The notes: generated from the letters alone by a model not told the origin. A stretch of DNA of 64,000 nt from Candidatus Pacebacteria bacterium CG_4_9_14_0_2_um_filter_40_15 (GCA_002788675.1 PFRS01000001.1:170308-234307), one strand, 5' to 3'; numbered from the stretch's first letter, positions 29,460 to 39,000 are shown. Numbers and translations: made by a program.

Positions 29460-30937
29460 CCCAAGCTACCATTCAGTACCCAACAGTTGCCAGTGAATAT
29501 GCAGTTGTAACCGCAGTAAATCATCCTCTAGTCAGAGCTAAAGGTTTTCAAACACTCCTTCCTAACGAAGTCGTTATTTTTGCAAATGGAGTGTTAGGTC
29601 AGGTCCTCTCTTTTGATGAACATGGCATCGACATCATGATTTTTTCTGAAACTTCTGTAGCTGTTGGAACCAAAATTTCCAGAACTGGCACTGAACTTTC
29701 ATTTCCCGTTTCAAAACTCAAGATGGGCACCATTTTTTCACCTTTAGGTGAAAGCATTTTTGGCACTGCCAATGCACAAAAAAATGAGACTTTCCGAACC
29801 ATATTCAGAACACCACCCGCTATTTCAACGCGAACTCGCATCACAGAACAATTAGAAACCGGCTACAGTTTAACCGACATTCTACTGCCCATAGGCTGTG
29901 GTCAGAGAGAGTTGCTGGTTGGCGACAGAAAAGCCGGAAAAAGTGACTTTGCTCGCGGTGTGGCGCTCACTCAAGCGCGCCTCGGAACCACTGTGGTGTA
30001 TGGCATGATTGGAAAAAAGGTTTCAGACATTAAACGAACCTACGACTTTTTTAAAAAAAATAAAATCCTCGATACAATTGTCATGATTGCTTCAACTACT
30101 CAGGACCCTGTAAGTACCATTTCGGTAACTCCAATGGCCGCCATGAGCGTAGCAGAACACCTGGTTGGTCAAGGAAACAATGTCTTACTCATTTTAGACG
30201 ACCTCACGACACATGCCGAGTTTTATCGTGAACTTTCACTCTTGGCAAAGCGATTTCCCGGTAGAGATTCCTATCCTGGCGACATTTTTTACCTGCATGC
30301 ACAATTATTAGAGCGTGCTGGCGTCTTTCTACAGGACGACAAAAAAGATGCAAAAGGCATTGCCCTCACCTGTTTACCTGTGGTGCGTACCGTGAACAGC
30401 GACTTAACCGACTTCATTACTTCAAACCTCATTAGTATTACCGACGGGCACCTCCTCTTTGATACAAAACTCTATGCACAGGGTCTACGCCCTGCTATCG
30501 ACACCAAGCTGTCGGTAACACGTGTGGGAAAACAAACACAAACACAGCTCCAACGAGATCTTAACCAAAAGCTAACCAGCTTTATTGCCGAATACAACAA
30601 AACCAAAAATCTTACCCATTTGGGCAGCGAAATTAGCAGACGAAGTCAGGATATTCTTCAAAAGGGTGACCTGTTTACAAGGTTTATGAGCGATTCAACC
30701 CAAGAAGCTCACTCTCAGACAGTACGACTCCTCATTGTGGGCATGATTTGGGCAGGATGGTTTACGAATACGCATGAGAACGTGTTACTCAGCTCTATGC
30801 ATCAGCTCAATAAAATGTATCAGACGAAGGACGTGGCAGCACAGCTCAACAAGATGGTGCTGGCCGAATCATTTGACGCATTCTTAAAAGATATTTCACA
30901 AAATGAAACTATGTTACGAGATATATGCCAGATATAA
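29456..30937 (+). CDS. atpA: F1 ATPase alpha subunit
   Basis: RELLVGDRKAGKS P-loop. LSLLAKRFPGRDSYPGDIFYLHAQLLERA. ISITDGHLLFDTKLYAQGLRPAIDTKLSVTRVG. All close to canonical alpha. Confidence 0.85.
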   Translation: MTQATIQYPTVASEYAVVTAVNHPLVRAKGFQTLLPNEVVIFANGVLGQVLSFDEHGIDIMIFSETSVAVGTKISRTGTELSFPVSKLKMGTIFSPLGESIFGTANAQKNETFRTIFRTPPAISTRTRITEQLETGYSLTDILLPIGCGQRELLVGDRKAGKSDFARGVALTQARLGTTVVYGMIGKKVSDIKRTYDFFKKNKILDTIVMIASTTQDPVSTISVTPMAAMSVAEHLVGQGNNVLLILDDLTTHAEFYRELSLLAKRFPGRDSYPGDIFYLHAQLLERAGVFLQDDKKDAKGIALTCLPVVRTVNSDLTDFITSNLISITDGHLLFDTKLYAQGLRPAIDTKLSVTRVGKQTQTQLQRDLNQKLTSFIAEYNKTKNLTHLGSEISRRSQDILQKGDLFTRFMSDSTQEAHSQTVRLLIVGMIWAGWFTNTHENVLLSSMHQLNKMYQTKDVAAQLNKMVLAESFDAFLKDISQNETMLRDICQI

Positions 30938-31791
30938 AGAGTCTTAAACTCCAGCATGAATCACTGTCAACCATAAATGACTTTTTTTCTGCGTATCAAC
31001 GACTCACCATCTATCAAATGCAAAAAAATCGCACGGCCACGATTAATAGCCGTACTTTTTCTGATGGACTGATAGAAACCTTTATTGACGTTAAACAATC
31101 ACTTAAAAAACTGTTTGATTCGAGCAAGCATAAAGATAAAATTTCCTTCTCAACCCTCGAAAAAAATGGTAGATCAGTAGCTGTATTTATTTCATTTGAA
31201 ACAAAATTTTCTACTGAAGTATTTAGAAGATCATTCGCCCATTTTAAAGAAAGCATAGCTGAGGGAGACTATGAAATTGTCCTGTTGGGCAGCACGGCCA
31301 AACGACTTTTCAGTGAGTACTATCCCGAAGGCACGCCCTTCACCTACTTTGACATTTCCGAAAAAAATATTAACATTTCTGAGAAAAGTGAGTTCTTCGA
31401 GCATATTCTTAAGTATGAAACTGTGGAAGTCTACTATCCTTTTTTTGTGTCACTTCTGCAGCAAGAAGCGCAATCGAGCACTATCTCGGGTGATGTACCT
31501 GTTGGTGATACTCTTCTCGAGGCAGAGCGCCAGAACCGACGCTACTTTTTTGAACCAGATAAACAAATTATTTTACACTTTTTTGAAGTTCAAATTCTGC
31601 GTTCAATTCTGCAACAAAAAATTCGTGAAGCCCAGCTGGCAACCCTGGGTGCACGTATTACAACACTGCAGTACACCCAACAAAATATTGAAGAAGAATT
31701 GCATAAAGTACATGCCCTCACGCGCAAATCACTCAAAAAGCAATCAAGTAGAAAACAACGCAACAGATTAGCTGGTATGAACTTATGGTAA
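30925..31791 (+). CDS. atpG: F1 ATPase gamma-like subunit
   Basis: 288 aa in the atpG position, with a gamma-like N-terminal helix and a YFFEPD...ARITTLQ C-terminal region. Confidence 0.55.
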   Translation: MPDIKSLKLQHESLSTINDFFSAYQRLTIYQMQKNRTATINSRTFSDGLIETFIDVKQSLKKLFDSSKHKDKISFSTLEKNGRSVAVFISFETKFSTEVFRRSFAHFKESIAEGDYEIVLLGSTAKRLFSEYYPEGTPFTYFDISEKNINISEKSEFFEHILKYETVEVYYPFFVSLLQQEAQSSTISGDVPVGDTLLEAERQNRRYFFEPDKQIILHFFEVQILRSILQQKIREAQLATLGARITTLQYTQQNIEEELHKVHALTRKSLKKQSSRKQRNRLAGMNLW

Positions 31792-31827
31792 GAATACTCT
31801 ATACTTACCTCAGAGCGAATCAAAAAT

Positions 31828-33540
31828 ATGGCAACAAAAGGAATAATTAAAGCTATCAGAAGCAACGTGACCGAAGTTGAATTTTTAGAAAATCAACCAA
31901 ATATTTTTGACGTGCTCACCGATCCCAACGATCCTTCTGTCCAGATCGAAGTGATCTCCTCTGCTGGCGATCAGCGCTATTTCTGTTTTATTCTTCGAGG
32001 CGAAAAAAAAATTACCCGCGGAACAGAAGTTATTTCTACCGAAAAACCACTTTCCATCCCAGTAGGAGATACCGTGCTTGGCCGAGCCTTCGACATTTTT
32101 GGCACTCCTCAAGATAGCGGCGCTGCACTTTCAACCAAAACAATTCGTCCAATCCATACTGGTGAGCGAACCTCCATTGAAGAAACCATAATTCCCTCTG
32201 AAATTTTGATTACCGGTGTGCGCGTGATTGATTTCTTTACGCCAATTCTTAAAGGTAGCAAAACAGGTCTTGTGGGAGGTGCTGGTCTAGGTAAAACCAT
32301 TTTACTGACCGAGCTGATTCATAATGTGGTCGAAACTAAAGCTACAAACAAACAAAACAAAGCTAACAAAACCGTCTCGGTCTTTAGCGCCGTTGGGGAG
32401 CGTTCTCGTGAAGCGCAGGAACTACTCGAAAACTTAAAAGACTCGGGTGTGCTGCCCAGCACAACCATGGTGATTGGACAAATGGGAGAAAACCCTGCAG
32501 TTCGTTTCCGTACGGCATCTGCTGCGGCCACCGTGGCCGAACATTTCCGAGATTCTGGTAATGACGTGCTCTTCTTTATTGATAATATGTACCGTTATAG
32601 TCAGGCTGGCTATGAATTAGCAACCTTAATGCGCGCTATTCCTTCTGAAGAAGGATATCAACCAACACTCCCTTCTGAAATTGGCACCTTGCACGAGCGA
32701 CTAGTCTCGAACAAGACTGCTCACCTCACCACCATCGAAGCCATTTATTTGCCTTCCGATGACCTGCAAGACTACAGTGTGCGCTCAACCTTCGACTACC
32801 TTGATAGTTACATTGTGCTCTCGAGAGATGTCTACCAATCTGGCCGCCTTCCCGCAGTCGATCTGCTCGACTCAAACTCGTCTGCTCTTGCTGTTGATGT
32901 GGTAGGAGAACGCCACTTCAACCTCTATTTGGAAACAAAAAAAATTCTCGAATCTGCAAAAGAAATTGAGCGAATTGTTTCATTGGTTGGTCTATCTGAA
33001 CTTTCAGTTGAAGATCAAAAAAAATACAAACGCTCTGTGCTGATCCAAAACTACATGACTCAAAACCTAGCAGTGGCCGAGCCACAAACAGGTCGTCCTG
33101 GTGTTTTTGCACAAGTTGAAACAACTCTTAACGATCTCGAAAAAATTCTTTCGGGCTCATTTGATGATGCTGACCCAGATCTCTTTTTGTACGTCGAATC
33201 TATTAAGGATGAGTGGAAAAATTCAGGTGGAGACTCAGCTGCCCCCAATTCAAGCGCTTTAGAGGAATCTCCCATCGCTATATCGACCGAAATCGAAGAA
33301 AACCAGCCTAAAACTGATCCAGCTGCCATTCCCATGGTACTTTCAGATAATGAAGCCAAAAAAATTGCTGCTGAAAAGCTAGCCGTGAAACAACGAAAAG
33401 AAGATAGCAGAACTATCGAAGAAAAGTATAAAACAACGCTACTCTCAAATGCTGAAGTTGCTGCCAAAACAGACATCAGCGAACACCTCGAAAATAAAGC
33501 GACTGAGTACACCCCAACAAAAATGGATTCCGACGAGTAA
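31828..33540 (+). CDS. atpD: F1 ATPase beta subunit with ~90-aa charged C-terminal extension
   Basis: GGAGLGKT P-loop, VGERSRE catalytic Glu, IDNMYRYSQAG, PSEEGYQPTL, AIYLPSDDLQDYS, LSVEDQ (DELSEED-like). The extension from about aa 478 (nt ~33259-33540) has no counterpart in canonical beta. Confidence 0.9.
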   Translation: MATKGIIKAIRSNVTEVEFLENQPNIFDVLTDPNDPSVQIEVISSAGDQRYFCFILRGEKKITRGTEVISTEKPLSIPVGDTVLGRAFDIFGTPQDSGAALSTKTIRPIHTGERTSIEETIIPSEILITGVRVIDFFTPILKGSKTGLVGGAGLGKTILLTELIHNVVETKATNKQNKANKTVSVFSAVGERSREAQELLENLKDSGVLPSTTMVIGQMGENPAVRFRTASAAATVAEHFRDSGNDVLFFIDNMYRYSQAGYELATLMRAIPSEEGYQPTLPSEIGTLHERLVSNKTAHLTTIEAIYLPSDDLQDYSVRSTFDYLDSYIVLSRDVYQSGRLPAVDLLDSNSSALAVDVVGERHFNLYLETKKILESAKEIERIVSLVGLSELSVEDQKKYKRSVLIQNYMTQNLAVAEPQTGRPGVFAQVETTLNDLEKILSGSFDDADPDLFLYVESIKDEWKNSGGDSAAPNSSALEESPIAISTEIEENQPKTDPAAIPMVLSDNEAKKIAAEKLAVKQRKEDSRTIEEKYKTTLLSNAEVAAKTDISEHLENKATEYTPTKMDSDE

Positions 33541-33543
33541 GAG

Positions 33544-33852
33544 TTGTTAACACAGGGCTCGGTCCTACACACTATGTCAAACATTCCAGATACATTTAAC
33601 CTTGTTGTCTACGACGAATCTGGCGAGCTCTTTTCAGGACCAGTAGCTGCCATTGAAGCAGTAAACGAAGCCGGACCCTTTAGTGTGCTCTCGGGGCACA
33701 CCAACTTTATCTCGGTGATTTCTGGATCGCTCGACAATAATAAACTAGTCATCCATTTTTTGGATGGCAACATGCGAGAATTTATTATTCAGCAAGGCGT
33801 TTTGAAAATATTCGAAAACGCCGCTGAAATTTTTCTGGTTTTTGAGACGTAA
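33544..33852 (+). CDS. atpC: F1 ATPase epsilon-like subunit
   Basis: FNLVVYDESGELFSGPVAAIEAVNEAGPFSVLSGHTNFISVI resembles the epsilon beta-sandwich. Likely start at ATG 33574. Confidence 0.6.
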   Translation: MLTQGSVLHTMSNIPDTFNLVVYDESGELFSGPVAAIEAVNEAGPFSVLSGHTNFISVISGSLDNNKLVIHFLDGNMREFIIQQGVLKIFENAAEIFLVFET

Positions 33853-33864
33853 AGTGTAGCTGGG

Positions 33865-36342
33865 CTACACCACAACCAAGTTGATAATCTTACCTGGAAC
33901 ATAAATCTCTTTTTTAATCTCTTTGCCTTGTAGATACTTCTGAATTTCTTCGGTTGTTCGGGCTCTCTCAAGAATTCCGTCCTCATCAGCAATATCTTCT
34001 GAAGCTACCTCTAACTGTGCGCGCACTTTACCATTAATTTGTACCGGAATAATCACTGCTTGAGCCTTTGCCAATTCTGGATCGAACACTGGCCAGCTGC
34101 TGGTATGCACAAAGTCTGTGTCTGCAACTCCAGTAACTTGGTGGTACAGTTCATCAGCCAAGAAAGGCGCAAACGGTGCAAACATTTTTGCAACTATTTC
34201 CTTTTGGGACACTGTCATATCTGCCCCACTCTTTTGAGCTGCTTCCCAAGCATTACTAAGTTTCATCAGTTCGGCAATTGCCGTATTAAACTTCAATTTT
34301 GGAATGTCTTCAGTTACTTTTTTGAGGGTTTGGTGAAGCACTTGTGTGAGTGAAATATCTTCATCTTTAGTAGTTGTTGGTGAGCTAACCAATCGATTAA
34401 TGCGTTGCAAGAATTTATACACTCCAATCACCGCACGAACATCCCATGGTTTGTCTGCTTCAAGAGGACCCATGAACATTTCATACACCCGGAGGGTATC
34501 CGCACCAAATTTTTCGATAATTTCGTCTGGATTAATAACGTTGCCTTTACTCTTACTCATTTTTTTGCCATCGGGACCTAAAATCATGCCTTGGTGACGC
34601 ATTTTTCCGAATGGTTCATCAAAAGCTAAATGGCCTTCATCTCGAAGGAATTTAGTGAAGAAACGAGAGTACAACAAATGCAACACAATGTGTTCAGGAC
34701 CAATCATGTAGAGATCGACTGGCAACCATTTATTCAGTTGCTCTGAGATTGCCAAGCTTTCAGTATTTCGAGAATCAACGTATCGCAGGTAGTACCAACT
34801 TGAATCAACAAAGGTATCCATGGTGTCAAACTCTGGGCGCCAGCCTTTTCCATAGAGTTTTTCGGTGCGTGCAATAAATTCTTTTGAAGATTTAAGTGGT
34901 GACTCGCCTGTTGGATTGAAGTCGACATCGGTGGGCAGCTGCCAAGGCAAGTGCTCTTCTTTAACAGGATGTGGATTGCCTTCTGGATCGTAGACTACTG
35001 GAATGGGTGTTCCCCAATAGCGCTGACGAGAAATTAACCAATCGCGAAGACGATACGTAGTTACGCGCTTGCCAAAACCCTCTGCTTCCATGTGATCCAT
35101 GATTTTTTCTTGGGCTTTAGAGACGCTCAAACCATCCAAAAAGTCGGAATTCATGATCACGCCATCATCTTCATAGACGTGCTCGGTAGCAGTGATATCA
35201 GAGCGATCACCGTCTGTTGCTTCAATTACTCGAATCACTTCTATTTTTTCGGCAGAACTGGTTACCTGTAGGTTAACAAACTTTACAAACTGGAAGTCCC
35301 GGACATCATGGGCTGGTACACCCACCACGGCACCAGTTCCAAAACTACCTAGCACAAAGTCGGACACCCAAACCGGCATGTCTCGACCAGTTAATGGATT
35401 GACCGCATAGAGTCCCGTAAACGCACCAGACTTCTTCTTGCCTTCTTGCTGACGTTCGAGCTCTGTTTTTTTCTCGGCTGCTTCTAGGTAAGCGGCAACG
35501 GTGGCGTTTTCTTGAGCAACTTCAATGGCCAGAGAATGTTCAGGGGCCAACACCACAAAGGTAGCTCCAAAGTTTGTGTCTGGCCGTGTAGTAAAGCAGG
35601 TAATAGATTTGTCTGAACCTTTAATTGGATAGGTAACTTCGATTCCTGTTTTCTTGCCAATCCAGTTAAGTTGTTGGGCTTTAGTTGGCTCTGGCCAGTC
35701 GACGGTGTCGAGTCCTGAGATAAGTTCATCCTTGTACTTGGTAATCTGGAAATACCACTGTTTCATGTCTTTTTGAATAACTTCACTGTCGCAGCGCTCG
35801 CAGAGTCCTTCAACAACTTGTTCGTTTGCTAACACGGTCTGACACGAAGGACACCAGTTCACTTTGCCATCTTTTTGATACGCCAGACCCTTGTTGTAGA
35901 GCTGTAGGAAGATCCACTGAGTCCACTTGTAGTAGCCAGGGTTGTTGGTGGCGATTTCGTTGTCCCAATCGTATGAAATTCCCAAGCGTTTAATTTGTCG
36001 ACGGAAGGTGTTGATGGCGTTCTTGGTGGTTTCTGCCGGATGGACACCAGTTTTGATGGCATAGTTTTCTGCAGGCAAACCAAAGGCATCCCAACCTACG
36101 GGGAAAAATACGTCCTTACCATTCATGCGATCGTATCGAGCTACAATATCGAGGGCAGTTTTGCTTTCAACATGTCCCACATGCAAACCAGAGCCAGATG
36201 GATACGCAAACGCAAAGAGCAGATACTGCTTTTGTACCAAATCTTGACCTTTTTTTTGGGTACCAAGAAACAAGCGGGCCTCTTCCCAAGCGTGTTGCCA
36301 CTTGGTTTCAACTGCTGTGTGATCGTAGTACTCTTTTGGCAT
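33865..36342 (-). CDS. leuS: leucine--tRNA ligase
   Basis: 825 aa. HVGH (HIGH) and KMSKSKGN motifs, CP1 editing insertion. Confidence 0.92.
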   Translation of the reverse strand: MPKEYYDHTAVETKWQHAWEEARLFLGTQKKGQDLVQKQYLLFAFAYPSGSGLHVGHVESKTALDIVARYDRMNGKDVFFPVGWDAFGLPAENYAIKTGVHPAETTKNAINTFRRQIKRLGISYDWDNEIATNNPGYYKWTQWIFLQLYNKGLAYQKDGKVNWCPSCQTVLANEQVVEGLCERCDSEVIQKDMKQWYFQITKYKDELISGLDTVDWPEPTKAQQLNWIGKKTGIEVTYPIKGSDKSITCFTTRPDTNFGATFVVLAPEHSLAIEVAQENATVAAYLEAAEKKTELERQQEGKKKSGAFTGLYAVNPLTGRDMPVWVSDFVLGSFGTGAVVGVPAHDVRDFQFVKFVNLQVTSSAEKIEVIRVIEATDGDRSDITATEHVYEDDGVIMNSDFLDGLSVSKAQEKIMDHMEAEGFGKRVTTYRLRDWLISRQRYWGTPIPVVYDPEGNPHPVKEEHLPWQLPTDVDFNPTGESPLKSSKEFIARTEKLYGKGWRPEFDTMDTFVDSSWYYLRYVDSRNTESLAISEQLNKWLPVDLYMIGPEHIVLHLLYSRFFTKFLRDEGHLAFDEPFGKMRHQGMILGPDGKKMSKSKGNVINPDEIIEKFGADTLRVYEMFMGPLEADKPWDVRAVIGVYKFLQRINRLVSSPTTTKDEDISLTQVLHQTLKKVTEDIPKLKFNTAIAELMKLSNAWEAAQKSGADMTVSQKEIVAKMFAPFAPFLADELYHQVTGVADTDFVHTSSWPVFDPELAKAQAVIIPVQINGKVRAQLEVASEDIADEDGILERARTTEEIQKYLQGKEIKKEIYVPGKIINLVVV

Positions 36343-36404
36343 GTGTTTCCTTTATATATAGTATCTGTTTGCGACGCGAGCGTTCGCATGTTTGTTATAA
36401 AAAC

Positions 36405-36455
36405 AAAAAATCCCCTGGTGGGGATCATTTTTTTCTGTATGAAAAACCCCACTGT
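36405..36455 (-). promoter_or_regulatory. attenuator-like terminator/antiterminator hairpins in the leuS 5' leader
   Basis: On the minus strand, GTGGGG (rc of 36447-36452) is followed by ATCCCC-acca-GGGGAT and then TTTTTT (rc of 36410-36434). The CCCCAC segment can pair with either partner. It lies about 70 nt upstream of the leuS ATG. Confidence 0.4.
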
Positions 36456-36545
36456 CTTAGTGTAACTCAAGAAGGAGTGAAAGAAGAAGGGTGTGTTTTT
36501 TCATACAATCGAATTATATCACACTCATATAGATAGCTCAGACTA

Positions 36546-37262
36546 ATGACAAGGCGCCCACAAGACATGTATACTGAGGCTATGCAAATGGATAAGCGAC
36601 TTCCCTTTTTTATACTCAGTTTTGTGCTCATTGCCGTTTGGATCTCAGTTCCCTTCCTGTATACCTACTCTCTCCAGTTAGTGGCACTCACCTTTCTGCT
36701 TTTTATTTGGCTTCGTTTTAAACATAATCGAGAGAATGTTACTCAAATTATCCCCTCAAAAGGAAGCTCTGAGCTTATTCCCATTACAATCGTTTTTATG
36801 CTCCTTATCTCCGCTACCGGGAACACCCACTCTTGGGTGTACTCACTTACCTATGTGTATCTTTTTATCATGCTTTTCTCCCTGCCAAGAGGTACCGCAA
36901 TCATCATGGCCACCGGGACCTTATTACTCCAAGCCTTCTTAGTACACACATTTTCAGCTCAAGAACTCATTATTTTAATGAACATTCCAGTCATCACAAC
37001 AGTACTCCTCTTTGCAAAACAGCAGTATGAAAAAGCTACCCTCGAAGAGGAAATGCTTATGGAAGAAGACGAGCAACTTTCGTCCTCACTTACTGAAAAT
37101 GCTGCCTTGGAGTCATATATCAAGGAGTTTCTCTTACCTAAAACTGAGGTACTTTCGTCTCTAGAGGAGCCACAAACTGAACTCGAAAAAACACTCCATT
37201 CACAAATAACGTTGATCAGCACTGAGAGTCGAAAAATACTGGAGCGATCACAACAACAGTAA
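36546..37262 (+). CDS. polytopic membrane protein with acidic coiled-coil C-terminus (first gene of the surface-protein operon)
   Basis: Four to five hydrophobic helices, then a glutamate-rich tail (EEEMLMEEDEQLSSSLTE...). No family recognised. Confidence 0.5.
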   Translation: MTRRPQDMYTEAMQMDKRLPFFILSFVLIAVWISVPFLYTYSLQLVALTFLLFIWLRFKHNRENVTQIIPSKGSSELIPITIVFMLLISATGNTHSWVYSLTYVYLFIMLFSLPRGTAIIMATGTLLLQAFLVHTFSAQELIILMNIPVITTVLLFAKQQYEKATLEEEMLMEEDEQLSSSLTENAALESYIKEFLLPKTEVLSSLEEPQTELEKTLHSQITLISTESRKILERSQQQ

Positions 37263-37276
37263 CTATACAATTAACT

Positions 37277-38032
37277 ATGTCTACACGCACGCTCACCAGA
37301 ATTATTTTGAGCAGCCTTTGCTTACTCTGCCTGACGGCATTTTCTTGGCGCATATCTGAAGTTCAAGCAGAGCGACTAGAGTCCGACTCATACGTGATTC
37401 AATTTGGCAACTTCAACGTAACTTCCGGAGAAAAAAGTTCGAGTAACTACAACGTCACCGATACTGTTGGTCAAACCGCCGCCGGCGCGTTTGGAGAGTA
37501 CGGGACCTCTGGCTACTTTGTTGGGGCAGGTTTTCAATACATTTACCAAATAAAGACTTTTAGCTTCATCATTAGTGACCTCACTATGGATCTAGGAGAA
37601 CTAACTGACGGTGCCTTTGGCACTGACAATCACACTCTCGAGATAACTACACGAGGAGCTGGTGGCTACACAATCTATGCCTACGAACAACACCCCCTCC
37701 GCATTCCAACAACAAGCTACATAATTAATGATACAACTTGCGATGCAGGCACCTGTACAACCTCAGCAGCCAGTATTTGGACCAATCCCAGCATCGATGG
37801 CTTTGGATTCAATATTCAAGGTGATGACATTCCAACAGATTTCGTAAATAACACCTACTTCCGTCCATTTGCTAATGACGAAGCAGCAGCTACCATGCAA
37901 CCAGTAATGTCATCTTCCAATATTGCCTTGCAACGTACTTCGACGGTAACCTATCAAGCCGCAAAAGCCGGAGATACAGCCGCTGGTCAATTCCAAACTG
38001 CCGTAGTGTACGTCGCTGTACCAGGATATTAA
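37277..38032 (+). CDS. secreted WxL-like (small) surface protein
   Basis: Signal peptide. Homologous to the C-terminal domain of the 505-aa neighbour. Shared landmarks are L..LGEL, TTCDAGTC / ATCTGDSTASNC, GFGFNIQG / GFGYSLDN and a hydrophobic Y-rich C-terminus. Confidence 0.5.
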   Translation: MSTRTLTRIILSSLCLLCLTAFSWRISEVQAERLESDSYVIQFGNFNVTSGEKSSSNYNVTDTVGQTAAGAFGEYGTSGYFVGAGFQYIYQIKTFSFIISDLTMDLGELTDGAFGTDNHTLEITTRGAGGYTIYAYEQHPLRIPTTSYIINDTTCDAGTCTTSAASIWTNPSIDGFGFNIQGDDIPTDFVNNTYFRPFANDEAAATMQPVMSSSNIALQRTSTVTYQAAKAGDTAAGQFQTAVVYVAVPGY

Positions 38033-38034
38033 GT

Positions 38035-39000
38035 ATGAACAAAAAAAGAACTCAAAAATTCATTTCTGCACTAGCTCTTAGTGTGGTACTTGGCTTAGTA
38101 TCTTTGTACCCAAACTCTGTTTCTGCACAAGGTTTTAATCTTACGGTCACTCCTGAAGTACATTACATGCGAATAAAACCAGGCTCAAAGATACGTCACA
38201 CCATCACTCTCGAAAACAAAGGTGACGTAGCTCTGACAGTAACCCCCACAATCTATGACTTTGAAGCGGATGGTGAGTCTGGACGAGCAATCCTCAAAAG
38301 TGCCACCACATTCCCATATCTAGATCTCGAACACATTCAGAACAGCTCACTCACCATACCTCCACATAAACGAGCTCAGCTTGGGCTACTCTTTTCTGTT
38401 CCAGAAGATGCCCCCGAAAAGGAATACCCCCTTACGGTACTCTTTAAAAGTGAACCCGTGCAGTCTCAGACAGAGACTTCACAATCTCAACTAGTTGGTG
38501 CGATAGGAAGCAATCTTATTGTACTTATTTCTCAAGATGAACAAACTTCAGACTTAATAAATATTGATTCAATATCAATCCCCTTCTTTGTTGATAGTTT
38601 TAAAAAGGTTACCTTACAACCTAAGATAAAGAACAATCACTTTGCCGCTACAAACACAGCTGGAACGGTGATTGTGAAGAATATGTTTAACACTGAAGTT
38701 GCTCGATTTAATATTTTTCCAGATACAATCTTGGGATACAGTTCAAGAATACTTAGAGCCCTCAAGACAGAATTTCAACCAGATATCGAGCCAGAGGCTG
38801 TGCCTTTTGCATTTAAACCATCATTTCTTCTTGGTTTATATACAGTAGAAGTCAGCATTACTGCCCCCTATACCAGTGCATATTCTGATGAAGTAATTGC
38901 ATTCGACACTTTTACGTTCTTTGCAGTACCTATTATTCCAATACTGGTTGGGTTGCTGGGAATTGTGAGTGCCATTGGGTATGTGATATATAAGAAATAA
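38035..39000 (+). CDS. DUF916/DUF3324-like surface protein: signal peptide, Ig-like beta domain, C-terminal TM anchor plus KK
   Basis: FNLTVTPEVHYMRIKPGSKIRHTITLENKGDVALTVTPTIYDF Ig-like strand pattern. Single C-terminal TM (AVPIIPILVGLLGIVSAIGYVIYKK). Confidence 0.45.
   Translation: MNKKRTQKFISALALSVVLGLVSLYPNSVSAQGFNLTVTPEVHYMRIKPGSKIRHTITLENKGDVALTVTPTIYDFEADGESGRAILKSATTFPYLDLEHIQNSSLTIPPHKRAQLGLLFSVPEDAPEKEYPLTVLFKSEPVQSQTETSQSQLVGAIGSNLIVLISQDEQTSDLINIDSISIPFFVDSFKKVTLQPKIKNNHFAATNTAGTVIVKNMFNTEVARFNIFPDTILGYSSRILRALKTEFQPDIEPEAVPFAFKPSFLLGLYTVEVSITAPYTSAYSDEVIAFDTFTFFAVPIIPILVGLLGIVSAIGYVIYKK

Noticed and set aside
31271-31771. 166-aa ORF predicted inside the gamma-subunit gene region
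   Set aside because: It is an alternative frame of the gamma-like gene (30925..31791), which has subunit-like N- and C-terminal helices and fits the operon spacing.
35995-36465. 156-aa plus-strand ORF overlapping the leuS 5' end
   Set aside because: It is antisense to the leuS N-terminal coding region and runs through the leader hairpin. No RBS is present.
36343-36545. T-box riboswitch upstream of leuS
   Set aside because: The conserved T-box sequence (AATTAGGGTGGTACCGCG-like) and specifier-loop architecture were not found. Only a generic terminator/antiterminator pair is visible, so it is reported as attenuator-like only.
36546-37262. The membrane protein 36546..37262 as the missing ATP synthase a subunit
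   Set aside because: It has no RLFGN-type conserved arginine helix, is 2.7 kb away on the far side of leuS, and is tightly coupled (14 nt) to the surface-protein operon instead.
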